Origin: a virus
DNA length: 64,000 nucleotides
IMG/VR virus record: IMGVR_UViG_3300047560_001714
Location: 64,001 to 128,000 of that record
Direction: 5' to 3' (one strand)
Under the pieces are notes generated by a model that made no database searches, was not told where the DNA came from, and saw only the letters and a list, made by a program, of their open reading frames with translations. The translations under genes were made by a program, and so were the position numbers. This document shows, in pieces, positions 1-7,801 of this stretch (position 1 is its first letter; every line of letters begins with the position of its first letter).

Positions 1-179
1 AAACGACCTATCAAACTCAACCACATTTGCATCCATTCTTCACGTTGTTTTATGTATCATATATTATATACACGAAAGAATATGGATTAGAATTAAGTGG
101 GGGAAACTATAACCCGGTTTATCCGGGTTTTTTATTGCCCATAGAAAATTTGATAAATATTCATAAACAAGGATTTACT

Positions 180-1967
180 ATGCGTTTTAATGAATTTAAA
201 GTAGAATTAAATGAAGTGTCAATGGCACCAACCAGTCTTGCAAAGATGGCCGGTGAAATTGATGCAACTTGTGGTATAGAATTTGAAATGTATGTACCAA
301 TAGAACAAGCACCAGGTGAAATGTCTGAACGTGAAGATCCACGTTGCCGCAGCATTAACCAAGTTATAGATTTTTTCAATGATTTAGATATGGGTGTTGA
401 CACCAATTCCATGCGTGATACCCTGCAAGAGAAATATTACGAATTTCTTGATAACAAGCGGCAAGAGGCGTGGGACGATGAGAGTGAAGAATATGTCCGT
501 AATTACATAGAAGAAAATTGGGACGAAGATAGCAAATACGAGGAAGCATATGAAGATATGGGGCTTGATGAAGACGAAATATCAGAGGCCGAAGATGCTA
601 GATCATCAAGAGATAAACAAGCACCTGGGTATGATAATTATATAACGGCAAAAGAACGTGTTGAAGAAATGTTACAAGATGATGTTGATTATTCAATGCA
701 ACGCCACGACTCATATTACGATAATGCCAGAGAAGAATGGGATAACGATTACTACGATAATAATGATGAATCTGATTTCTTTGAAGCTGAACGGTGGCAC
801 ACTATGTCAGATATCGCGGATGAATTAGGTGGAGGATGGGACTTTGAGGAGGAGGGATTCTCCAAACTCGATATTGATTTCTTAGCGGAAATAATGACAG
901 ATATACTAGGTGCAGAAGTTGTCGGTTGTGATAGTTATCATGGATGCCAAGGTGACAAAGGTAAAAAATATGTCGTTGAGTTCGATTCTAGTTTAGATAA
1001 TGGCGGTGATGAATTCAAAGGTGTAGAATTGGTGTCACCAGCACTACCATTAGAAGAAATGATAGCACAAATTGATAATGTTAAACGCATGGCTAACAAA
1101 CTTAATTGTTTTACCGATGAAAGCACTGGTCTACATATGAATATCAGTTTAAACAATGTTGACTTAGAATCAATCGACTATGTTAAATTAGTGTTATTCC
1201 TTGGCGATAAGTATGTATTAGATTCATTTGACCGCAGTACTAATGCGTATTGCAAAAGTGCGATGGCACATCTTGAATCATATATGCAATCATATAGTTA
1301 TGGCCCAAACACTATGAAACTTGAGGTGTTAGAGTTACTTCAGAAATCACTTTCAACAATTGCATCACGTATCATATTCCAACAGTTACCATCAAATCGT
1401 GGTAGTGTTAATGTCGCACACATTTCTAACATGGATCTAGCCAGTAGACGTATTGAATTCAGAAGTCCAGGTGGTGATTGGATTTCAACTGATAGTAAAA
1501 AATTAATCAGTACTATTAACAGATTCGTGGTTGCATTAGATATAGCGTGTGATCCATCTAAACACCAACGAGAATATGCTAAAAAACTTTATAAATTGAT
1601 TAATCCGTCGCACCCCCGTGTTGGCGAGGCTATTAACATCTTTACACAATACAAAGCTGGTGAAATTGATGCAGCCACCTTGAAATCATCTTTACAAACG
1701 CTTGAGCTTAGACGTTCTGTTAAAAAAGAAAAAGAGGCACCACAGGCACCACACACCGGTAATCAATTGTGGACGGTTCAATTACCACCAAGAAATCCGT
1801 TGGAAATCAATGCAAACAGTGCGTCGGCTGCTATCAAAGCGTATCGCGCACAATTTAAATTAAACACGGTCGCATACCCAGATTCAGCATTTACGGCGGT
1901 TCCGGCTAACCAAGCACAAAATAATCCAGAAATTGAAAAAAATATCTCGACAAATGATCAATTATAG
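180..1967 (+). CDS. Putative amidoligase-domain protein with acidic N-terminal insert
   Basis: GIEFE, DSSL..GVELVSP, STGLHMNIS and RIEFRSPG motifs. Start moved to ATG 180, after GGA and a TAAATA late-promoter-like motif. Confidence 0.75.
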   Translation: MRFNEFKVELNEVSMAPTSLAKMAGEIDATCGIEFEMYVPIEQAPGEMSEREDPRCRSINQVIDFFNDLDMGVDTNSMRDTLQEKYYEFLDNKRQEAWDDESEEYVRNYIEENWDEDSKYEEAYEDMGLDEDEISEAEDARSSRDKQAPGYDNYITAKERVEEMLQDDVDYSMQRHDSYYDNAREEWDNDYYDNNDESDFFEAERWHTMSDIADELGGGWDFEEEGFSKLDIDFLAEIMTDILGAEVVGCDSYHGCQGDKGKKYVVEFDSSLDNGGDEFKGVELVSPALPLEEMIAQIDNVKRMANKLNCFTDESTGLHMNISLNNVDLESIDYVKLVLFLGDKYVLDSFDRSTNAYCKSAMAHLESYMQSYSYGPNTMKLEVLELLQKSLSTIASRIIFQQLPSNRGSVNVAHISNMDLASRRIEFRSPGGDWISTDSKKLISTINRFVVALDIACDPSKHQREYAKKLYKLINPSHPRVGEAINIFTQYKAGEIDAATLKSSLQTLELRRSVKKEKEAPQAPHTGNQLWTVQLPPRNPLEINANSASAAIKAYRAQFKLNTVAYPDSAFTAVPANQAQNNPEIEKNISTNDQL

Positions 1968-1975
1968 TGTATAAT
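1947..1975 (+). promoter_or_regulatory. sigma70-like promoter upstream of the ORF-free structured region
   Basis: TCGACA-17nt-TATAAT with TG extended -10. Confidence 0.6.
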
Positions 1976-1981
1976 CGCATC

Positions 1982-2540
1982 TAATAATTAAGGCACCTAT
2001 CAGGCAACACTCAGGCACACACACTTCATATGATACTCGCACCGGTAAGGAAAATAGGTGCCGCGAGATAAGGGATGTACTCCGCTTAGAGCGAACTGGG
2101 ATGAAGCAGTAAACTTAGCAACTACCCGAAAGGATGATGATTGGACATGCCTTCCCATATAACCAATTTTGCTATTTTAAGGAACCATAGGCTAAATGAG
2201 GGTTAAAAACCCACCTTATACATATATGATTAGTGTATATATGTATAAGCACCGTCAGACATAAGAAACAAAAACGCGCTTCGAGGTACCGGCTGACCGC
2301 CTCTGTAATTAGCGTAACACTAGTGTCCGTGATTAAGTAACTCAGATGAAATCACTGGATAATTTTTGAATACCATTTGTATTCAAATTTTTTTGCTCCC
2401 GTAAGGGGGCAATAATGTCCGAAATATCATAATCTAGATGAATATATATAAAGAAACATAATTAAACATCATGTCTCTATAATTAATTAAAAAAGATTGT
2501 GAGGAACGTAAGTGACGAACAGGGGAACATTGTTCCCCTT
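1982..2540 (+). ncRNA. Candidate large structured ncRNA (class unknown)
   Basis: No ORF of 60 aa or more. Many stems: GGCACCTAT/ATAGGTGCC, CTTATACATATA/TATATGTATAAG, TTTGAATAC/GTATTCAAA, TTGCTCCC-GTAA-GGGGGCAA, terminal AGGGGAAC-ATT-GTTCCCCT. Confidence 0.45.
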
Positions 2541-2555
2541 AACATTATATAAAAC

Positions 2556-3077
2556 ATGATTAAATATATTTCACCTATAAATTTAAATATTGATTTAGAT
2601 TATATTAAAAAATTAGTATTGAATTCATTATGTGTGGATACCTCGGATAGAAAATATTCAACATTGAGATTTTGCTGTGATGATGAATATATGGCATCTT
2701 TACATAATAAATGGTATTGGATGTCTAATAAATATAATATACTATATACATCAAATGGTATTGGATTTCCTATTCATGTTGATATAGCTAGATTAAGTGC
2801 ATTAAATATTCCTATTCATGGAGGTGAGCATTCTAGTACTATATTTTATGAATCAATTGGTGAAATGAAGACTTATACGTCACCTAATGAAAGAGGATAT
2901 TTACTATTATCTGATACATCCGAAGCATATAGATTTACATTATCCGAGCCAACTATAATAAATACACAAGCGATTCATTCCGTTGATGTTGCAGATAATT
3001 CTGAACGTATAATAATAAGTTGGGGTTCTAATGCATCATATGAAGAAACGATTGAATTGTTTAATAAACAGATTTAA
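2556..3077 (+). CDS. Cupin/2OG-Fe(II) oxygenase-like protein
   Basis: HxD (IHVD) and distal HSV in a jelly-roll-like pattern. Confidence 0.55.
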   Translation: MIKYISPINLNIDLDYIKKLVLNSLCVDTSDRKYSTLRFCCDDEYMASLHNKWYWMSNKYNILYTSNGIGFPIHVDIARLSALNIPIHGGEHSSTIFYESIGEMKTYTSPNERGYLLLSDTSEAYRFTLSEPTIINTQAIHSVDVADNSERIIISWGSNASYEETIELFNKQI

Positions 3078-3118
3078 AACCACTTTTTTAAATAATTTGC
3101 TAAATAAAAACATAATAC

Positions 3119-3146
3119 TTGACAAAATAATTTTTGATAGTATAAT
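3119..3146 (+). promoter_or_regulatory. sigma70 promoter
   Basis: TTGACA-16nt-TATAAT. Confidence 0.75.
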
Positions 3147-3170
3147 CTAACACAACTTAAAGGAATTAAG

Positions 3171-3278
3171 ATGATTAACAAAATTAACGGAATACAACTC
3201 AACGGACAATATAGCCACGGCTATTCTTCGCCTGTTAATCCGGAGTATTGCACATCATCTAAGGGTTATAAGTTATAA
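3171..3278 (+). CDS. 35-aa small ORF, possible leader peptide (MINKINGIQLNGQYSHGYSSPVNPEYCTSSKGYKL)
   Basis: AGGA Shine-Dalgarno; lies between a promoter and a terminator. Confidence 0.5.
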   Translation: MINKINGIQLNGQYSHGYSSPVNPEYCTSSKGYKL

Positions 3279-3309
3279 AGTAATATTCATTTGTTTACTT
3301 TCCTTATAT

Positions 3310-3338
3310 AACCCGATACTAACACTATCGGGTTTTTT
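3310..3338 (+). terminator. Intrinsic terminator
   Basis: AACCCGATA-7nt-TATCGGGTT followed by T-run. Confidence 0.75.
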
Positions 3339-3361
3339 GTTTTAAGGGATTTAAAAAAAGC

Positions 3362-3390
3362 TTGACAAGATGGGAATAACAGTATAGAAT
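3362..3390 (+). promoter_or_regulatory. sigma70 promoter
   Basis: TTGACA-17nt-TAGAAT. Confidence 0.7.
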
Positions 3391-3648
3391 ATTACTACAG
3401 TGAACGATGTACCTGCATCGAACAACACTTAAACAAGTTCAGTTAAAGGGGGTTCTGGAGATGGATAATCAATAGACAAGTTATCGACGTGATAACATTA
3501 ATTTTAAATCTTCTAGCTTGGCTAGTATATAAGAGTATACTTAATCGGGTCAACGAGCCTTTGCTTATCCCGAAGAGTGGTACATATAATGTGGCACCTT
3601 GTATAGTGCTGGTGGATTTAAAATTAATATGAGAAAACTATATGGAAA

Positions 3649-3906
3649 ATGTACAAGATTATAAAACTTGGCGTGATAAGTTTTTTTGAAACAACCGTCA
3701 CTCAAGAAGCAAAAGAAGATATGAATAATCCAAATGGTATTGATATACGTGGTGTTATTGATGGGTTATTTCAAGCTATCATCAATTCTGTTCATAGACC
3801 AGAAACCATGGAAAAATGTTTTTATGAAAATGACACATTTAGCGATGGGTATAACATTGTAGTTGACAAATATGAAAAATATTGTAAAAAAGATGTTGAC
3901 AAATAG
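3649..3906 (+). CDS. Hypothetical protein
   Basis: ORF on coding strand; no recognisable motif. Confidence 0.45.
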   Translation: MYKIIKLGVISFFETTVTQEAKEDMNNPNGIDIRGVIDGLFQAIINSVHRPETMEKCFYENDTFSDGYNIVVDKYEKYCKKDVDK

Positions 3907-3923
3907 TTTTAAACGTGTATAAT
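3896..3923 (+). promoter_or_regulatory. sigma70 promoter for first tRNA cluster
   Basis: TTGACA-16nt-TATAAT. Confidence 0.7.
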
Positions 3924-4008
3924 AACCCCATCATTAGGAAATAACGATGGAAACACAAGAAATTAAATATACACTTGAATTTCTTGAAAAAGAAGTATAA
4001 AAAATATT

Positions 4009-4093
4009 GGAGGTCGAGCGGCATAGGTGACTGCAGCGGACTGTAAATCCGTGCCTTTTACGGCACCTGGTTCGAATCCAGGGACCTCCACCA
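4009..4093 (+). tRNA. tRNA-Tyr(GTA)
   Basis: Cloverleaf; GCGGA-CTGTAAA-TCCGT; long variable arm; CCA end. Confidence 0.93.
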
Positions 4094-4101
4094 AATATAA
4101 T

Positions 4102-4175
4102 TGGGATATAGTGTAATGGTAACACAACAGATTTTGATTCTGTCATTCTAGGTTCGAGCCCTAGTATCCCTGCCA
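4102..4175 (+). tRNA. tRNA-Gln(TTG)
   Basis: ACAGA-TTTTGAT-TCTGT; U1-U72 mismatch; CCA. Confidence 0.93.
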
Positions 4176-4181
4176 AATGTT

Positions 4182-4277
4182 AGATTAAGATATAACAGGT
4201 TCGAATCCTGTCGTTCAAGGACAACCCCATAGGGGACGACTTACACTTGTGATCAAAGGAGATTTTATCTTAATCTG
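4182..4277 (+). ncRNA. YrlA-like tRNA mimic (variant of the CAGCA-stem family)
   Basis: 11-bp outer stem AGATTAAGATA/TATCTTAATCT + G, enclosing a T-arm (CAGG-TTCGAAT-CCTG) at the 5' side. Confidence 0.55.
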
Positions 4278-4282
4278 TTTTA

Positions 4283-4366
4283 GCTCTGGTGGCGAAATGG
4301 TAAACGCGGTGGTCTTAGAAACCACTACCGAAGGGTTTGGGAGTTCAAGTCTCCCCTAGAGTACCA
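4283..4366 (+). tRNA. tRNA-Leu(TAG)
   Basis: GTGGT-CTTAGAA-ACCAC; variable arm; CCA. Confidence 0.93.
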
Positions 4367-4383
4367 AATAAGACACATTAGGT

Positions 4384-4459
4384 GTGACTATGACGGAATT
4401 GGTAGACGTCCTCGATTGTGATTCGAGATTTTGTGGGTTCAAGTCCCACTAGTCACCCC
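4384..4459 (+). tRNA. tRNA-His(GTG)
   Basis: CTCGA-TTGTGAT-TCGAG; C73; CCA incomplete. Confidence 0.9.
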
Positions 4460-4479
4460 TAATGTGTTTAAAAATGATT

Positions 4480-4554
4480 GTCGCTATCGTCTATCGGTTA
4501 GGACACAAGATTTTCATTCTTGTAAGCGGGGTTCGACTCCCCGTAGCGACGCCA
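4480..4554 (+). tRNA. tRNA-Glu(TTC)
   Basis: CAAGA-TTTTCAT-TCTTG; CCA. Confidence 0.93.
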
Positions 4555-4563
4555 ATTAACAAA

Positions 4564-4640
4564 CTCCCATTAGCGCAGTCTGGTAGCGCGATCCGTTTGG
4601 GGCGGATAGGTCGGCGGTTCGAATCCGTCATGGGAGACCA
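4564..4640 (+). tRNA. tRNA-Pro(TGG)
   Basis: ATCCG-TTTGGGG-CGGAT; CCA. Confidence 0.93.
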
Positions 4641-4645
4641 AATAT

Positions 4646-4708
4646 AGGATGGTAACAGCAAATCTTTAGCCTTAGAATTCGGATCTAAACAGCCTAAACC
4701 CCATCCTG
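4646..4708 (+). ncRNA. CAGCA-stem element E1 (contains Leu-TAG loop heptamer CTTAGAA, weakly stemmed)
   Basis: AGGATGG|TAACAGCAA...CCATCCT|G. Confidence 0.65.
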
Positions 4709-4719
4709 CTTTACAATCT

Positions 4720-4777
4720 AGGATACAACCAGCAACAATTACGCCAGACTGATAATCTGAAAATGTAACGTATCCTG
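4720..4777 (+). ncRNA. CAGCA-stem element E2 with Ile(GAT) anticodon stem-loop
   Basis: AGGATAC|AACCAGCAA...CAGA-CTGATAA-TCTG...GTATCCT|G. Confidence 0.7.
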
Positions 4778-4800
4778 TTTTTATAACTAATCGGACAACT

Positions 4801-5055
4801 ATGAAAGTAACAAAACTTGACAAACGATTTACATTATATCACAGGGGTTATATTCACGCTGTCATTGATGTTGAACAGTATGGTCCATTTATGGATCATG
4901 TTAAAACCTACTTTGCAGATAAAAAACATTTGTATGATTTTACCACCCAACGTAAACGAATTCATGGGTTGCCTTCTTACCGACGCAGTGTAGCTGTAAT
5001 CGGTTTTAGACGCGAAGAAGATTTAACTATGGTCCTATTATCTTTTAACAATTAA
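4801..5055 (+). CDS. Small phage hypothetical protein (paralog of 5751..5990)
   Basis: Shares MK..KLDKR..LY..GY and F.REE.LT..LLS with 5751..5990. Confidence 0.7.
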   Translation: MKVTKLDKRFTLYHRGYIHAVIDVEQYGPFMDHVKTYFADKKHLYDFTTQRKRIHGLPSYRRSVAVIGFRREEDLTMVLLSFNN

Positions 5056-5099
5056 CGATTATTCCAGATTTATCAAAATAAAAACAATAAAGGTACAAT

Positions 5100-5327
5100 A
5101 TGAATAAAGAAGAATTACGCGAAATATTTTCAGAACAAACCACGAAATCGTCATCTGTGATGTTTATGATATCAACTTTAAAAGAAGTAATTGATGATAA
5201 ACAACATATTAGTTTACAAGTGTTAACCACTGAATCTGAAAAAATTGATGAACTGTTAGATAACGAATTGGTGGGATGTGAATTCGAATCATATGTGAAC
5301 GATATTCCAAAGTTCGTAAAACAATAA
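5100..5327 (+). CDS. Hypothetical protein
   Basis: ORF with AAGG Shine-Dalgarno. Confidence 0.55.
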   Translation: MNKEELREIFSEQTTKSSSVMFMISTLKEVIDDKQHISLQVLTTESEKIDELLDNELVGCEFESYVNDIPKFVKQ

Positions 5328-5442
5328 CAAATTATATGGATGAATACCGCATTTTTAGCTGGCTTACGATCGTTCATTATTAACAAATGTCATCGTCGGC
5401 TTGCAGACAAAAATCATCCAGCTTTAACCACAGGATAATATT

Positions 5443-5748
5443 ATGTTTTTTAATAAAGAATTACTAAACCAAATAGCGAAACTCACCACAATCGCTGAAA
5501 AGCTTCACGATGAAAATACAATGATGCGTAACACTTTTACAATGCTTGGGGAAACCATCAAAGAAATGGACGCTAAAATTAGCACATTAGAAGGTGAGGT
5601 TAAGAATTTAAGGACTCTGAATCAACTTGACCACCAGTACCCAATCGCAGTTAATAAGTGGGGAAGATGGAATTCTCACGGAGTTAAGAACCAAACGCCC
5701 CCAGATAAAGATTCTGGATGTAATCGTAAACACTGTGAATGTGACTAA
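5443..5748 (+). CDS. Hypothetical coiled-coil protein
   Basis: AGGA Shine-Dalgarno; heptad pattern. Confidence 0.6.
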   Translation: MFFNKELLNQIAKLTTIAEKLHDENTMMRNTFTMLGETIKEMDAKISTLEGEVKNLRTLNQLDHQYPIAVNKWGRWNSHGVKNQTPPDKDSGCNRKHCECD

Positions 5749-5750
5749 TA

Positions 5751-5990
5751 ATGAAAATTATTAAATTAGATAAACGCCATCGACTTTACTGTGAAGGATA
5801 TCGTTATGCAATTTCTAAAATTTATTTGGATAGAGGTATTGCAAAACATATCCGCAAGTATTATAATAAAGATTCGGAGATATTCAAGCAATATGCAACA
5901 ATCAATCGAACTTTTTTACCTTATGGATACATTGCATTTAAACGTGAAGAACATTTAACGCTGGCGTTGTTATCCTATGAAAATTATTAG
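5751..5990 (+). CDS. Small phage hypothetical protein (paralog of 4801..5055)
   Basis: Shared N- and C-terminal motifs. Confidence 0.7.
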   Translation: MKIIKLDKRHRLYCEGYRYAISKIYLDRGIAKHIRKYYNKDSEIFKQYATINRTFLPYGYIAFKREEHLTLALLSYENY

Positions 5991-6018
5991 TTGACAAATG
6001 AAAATGATGCTGTATAAT
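5991..6018 (+). promoter_or_regulatory. sigma70 promoter for second tRNA cluster
   Basis: TTGACA-16nt-TATAAT, 11 nt before a tRNA. Confidence 0.8.
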
Positions 6019-6029
6019 AGCTAACAAAT

Positions 6030-6106
6030 GGCGGTGTAGCTCAGTTGGTTAGAGCAATCCTTTCATACGGGATAGGTCGTAGGTTCGATTCCTACTGTCG
6101 CCACCA
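6030..6106 (+). tRNA. tRNA-CAT (elongator Met or Ile2)
   Basis: ATCCT-TTCATAC-GGGAT; CCA. Confidence 0.88.
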
Positions 6107-6114
6107 ACTAAATT

Positions 6115-6189
6115 GCCCTTATCGTTTAATGGATAGGACATGGGATTTCTACTCCCAGAATGGAGGTTCGATTCCTTCTAAGGGTGCCA
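6115..6189 (+). tRNA. tRNA-Arg(TCT)
   Basis: TGGGA-TTTCTAC-TCCCA; CCA. Confidence 0.9.
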
Positions 6190-6280
6190 GTGGTGCTAGA
6201 TATGGCCCACGTTAAAAACAGAATATATCAAACTGATTAGTTTGTGGTGTTAGTTGTGACCCACGTTAAAAACAGATAAC
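6190..6280 (+). repeat. Two tandem copies of a preQ1-I-like H-type pseudoknot motif
   Basis: GTGGTG.TAG....G.CCCACGTTAAAAACAGA at 6190 and 6244. Confidence 0.55.
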
Positions 6281-6287
6281 AATTTAT

Positions 6288-6362
6288 GCCCCTATAGCTC
6301 AATGGTAGAGCGTATTCCTCATAAGAATTTGGTTATAGGTTCGAACCCTGTTGGGGGCACCA
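6288..6362 (+). tRNA. tRNA-CAT (Ile2 or elongator Met)
   Basis: ATTC-CTCATAA-GAAT; CCA. Confidence 0.88.
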
Positions 6363-6368
6363 ACAAAT

Positions 6369-6443
6369 ATATCGGTGGTGTAATGGTAACATACGGGCCT
6401 CCAAAGCCTTGAGATTAGGGTTCAAATCCTTACCGGTATGCCA
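6369..6443 (+). tRNA. tRNA-Trp(CCA)
   Basis: GGC-CTCCAAA-GCC; acceptor ATATCGG/CCGGTAT; CCA. Confidence 0.85.
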
Positions 6444-6454
6444 AACAAAAAATA

Positions 6455-6544
6455 GGAAGAGTGGCAGAGTGGTTTAATGCAGCGGTCTTGAAAACCGCCG
6501 ACGGTTAGTCCCGTCCGTGAGTTCGAATCTCACTTCTTCCGCCA
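6455..6544 (+). tRNA. tRNA-Ser(TGA)
   Basis: GCGGT-CTTGAAA-ACCGC; long variable arm; CCA. Confidence 0.93.
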
Positions 6545-6549
6545 AATAT

Positions 6550-6605
6550 TGGATGCTAACAGCAATTACTTATAATTTCTTTTGGTGAAACTTAAATGCA
6601 TCCAG
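6550..6605 (+). ncRNA. CAGCA-stem element E3 with Gln(TTG)-like anticodon stem-loop
   Basis: TGGATGC|TAACAGCAA...TTTC-TTTTGGT-GAAA...GCATCCA|G; near-duplicate of 13935..13990. Confidence 0.7.
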
Positions 6606-6726
6606 CTTAAATAATGTTCTGTCGTATAACAGCTACATAGTAGTGAAATATGTCCCACACCACTGGGGAAGATATTGGTGAAAATCCATTCAGAACTAAC
6701 ATTTCTAAACAACTTGAGAGATTATT

Positions 6727-6996
6727 ATGAAAAAATTACTTTTACTTGCTGGCCTAACTTTATTAGTAACTGGTTGTGCTGCAACCGGTGAATTAGATAC
6801 AGTTCCGGACCGTGTTAACAAACTAGAAGCCGCTGATAAGGTATTCAAAACCGATTTGAAAACTTTAACTGATAAAACCGCATCGTTGACAAATACACAA
6901 CAACAATGTATTAATCATTGTAAACTTTCTTCAAGTCGAATGAACAATTTCGATAGAAAACTTGATAACGCTTTCAACAAAGCACTAATTAAGTAA
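6727..6996 (+). CDS. Small lipoprotein, Lpp/OprI-like coiled coil
   Basis: Signal peptide with lipobox LVTGC; heptad repeats; K-rich C-terminus. Confidence 0.7.
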   Translation: MKKLLLLAGLTLLVTGCAATGELDTVPDRVNKLEAADKVFKTDLKTLTDKTASLTNTQQQCINHCKLSSSRMNNFDRKLDNAFNKALIK

Positions 6997-7067
6997 TTTA
7001 AAAAAATCCTTGACAAATCTATAAACACACACTAGAATAACCTTTTATTTAATTGGAGGTAAACACG

Positions 7068-7265
7068 ATGTCTGAACAACTTAGTAGAATGATGTACACT
7101 GGCTTATTCCTTTTAATATTTGCGGTTATCTGTTCGACGTTTGGTGGATATGTCGTATATAACCACATGAGTAAAAATTATTTCCCAATCCAAGATAGCA
7201 ATATCGGTGGGTTTGTGTTTAGAAAAGGAAAAGTTTATTCATTAGAAGAAGTCAAGGATTTATAA
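7068..7265 (+). CDS. Small single-TM membrane protein
   Basis: GGAGG Shine-Dalgarno; hydrophobic N-terminal helix. Confidence 0.6.
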   Translation: MSEQLSRMMYTGLFLLIFAVICSTFGGYVVYNHMSKNYFPIQDSNIGGFVFRKGKVYSLEEVKDL

Positions 7266-7798
7266 TGAAAACTTTATCAACTATATTTTTTCTATTACTA
7301 TCACACTCAGCGTGTGCTGATGTGGTCAAAGTGATCGATACAAAGACCGGTAATATTGAATTAGTTAAAACACGTTCTTTCTCTCTAGCTAAAAATATAG
7401 ATAAAAAGATTTATTCAAAAGCTGACATAAATCGATTTGTCAAATTAGCATCAATTAAGAACAAGGTTGACGAAAAACTGATTCACGCTGTTATTAAGGC
7501 TGAAAGTAGTTATAGAAAAAATGCAATAAGTAAAGTAGGCGCAGCTGGTTTGATGCAACTCATCCCAGCAACTGCCACTAGATTTGGTGTGACCGACCGA
7601 TTTGATGTTAAACAGAATATTGACGGTGGTACCAAGTATCTTAAATTCCTACTAAATACGTTTAAGAACACACCACTTGCTCTGGCTGGTTATAATGCAG
7701 GGGAAAATGCAGTCATTAAATATAACTACAAAATTCCCAACTACCCAGAAACTAAAAATTATGTTAAAGTGGTGATGGAAAATTACGTAACGGAATAG
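7265..7798 (+). CDS. Soluble lytic transglycosylase with signal peptide
   Basis: IKAESS catalytic Glu, GAAGLMQL, ALAGYNAG, ET..YV. Confidence 0.92.
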   Translation: MKTLSTIFFLLLSHSACADVVKVIDTKTGNIELVKTRSFSLAKNIDKKIYSKADINRFVKLASIKNKVDEKLIHAVIKAESSYRKNAISKVGAAGLMQLIPATATRFGVTDRFDVKQNIDGGTKYLKFLLNTFKNTPLALAGYNAGENAVIKYNYKIPNYPETKNYVKVVMENYVTE

Positions 7799-7801
7799 AC
7801 T

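Noticed and set aside
2265-2285. ACAAAAACGCGCTTC similar to the RNase P CR-V motif
   Set aside because: No matching GAGGAAAGTCC (CR-I) upstream
3839-4823. ORFs 3839..4024, 3934..4176, 4462..4647, 4491..4823
   Set aside because: Shadow ORFs over tRNA genes
6190-6280. Possible CRISPR mini-array or pistol ribozyme
   Set aside because: Only two imperfect copies, no cas genes, and the pistol P2/P3 and GCGU core are absent
6616-6696. GTTCTG/CAGAAC stem with TAACAGCT, resembling a CAGCA-family member
   Set aside because: Motif spacing, the WG start and the terminal G do not fit; may be a separate small RNA but unsupported
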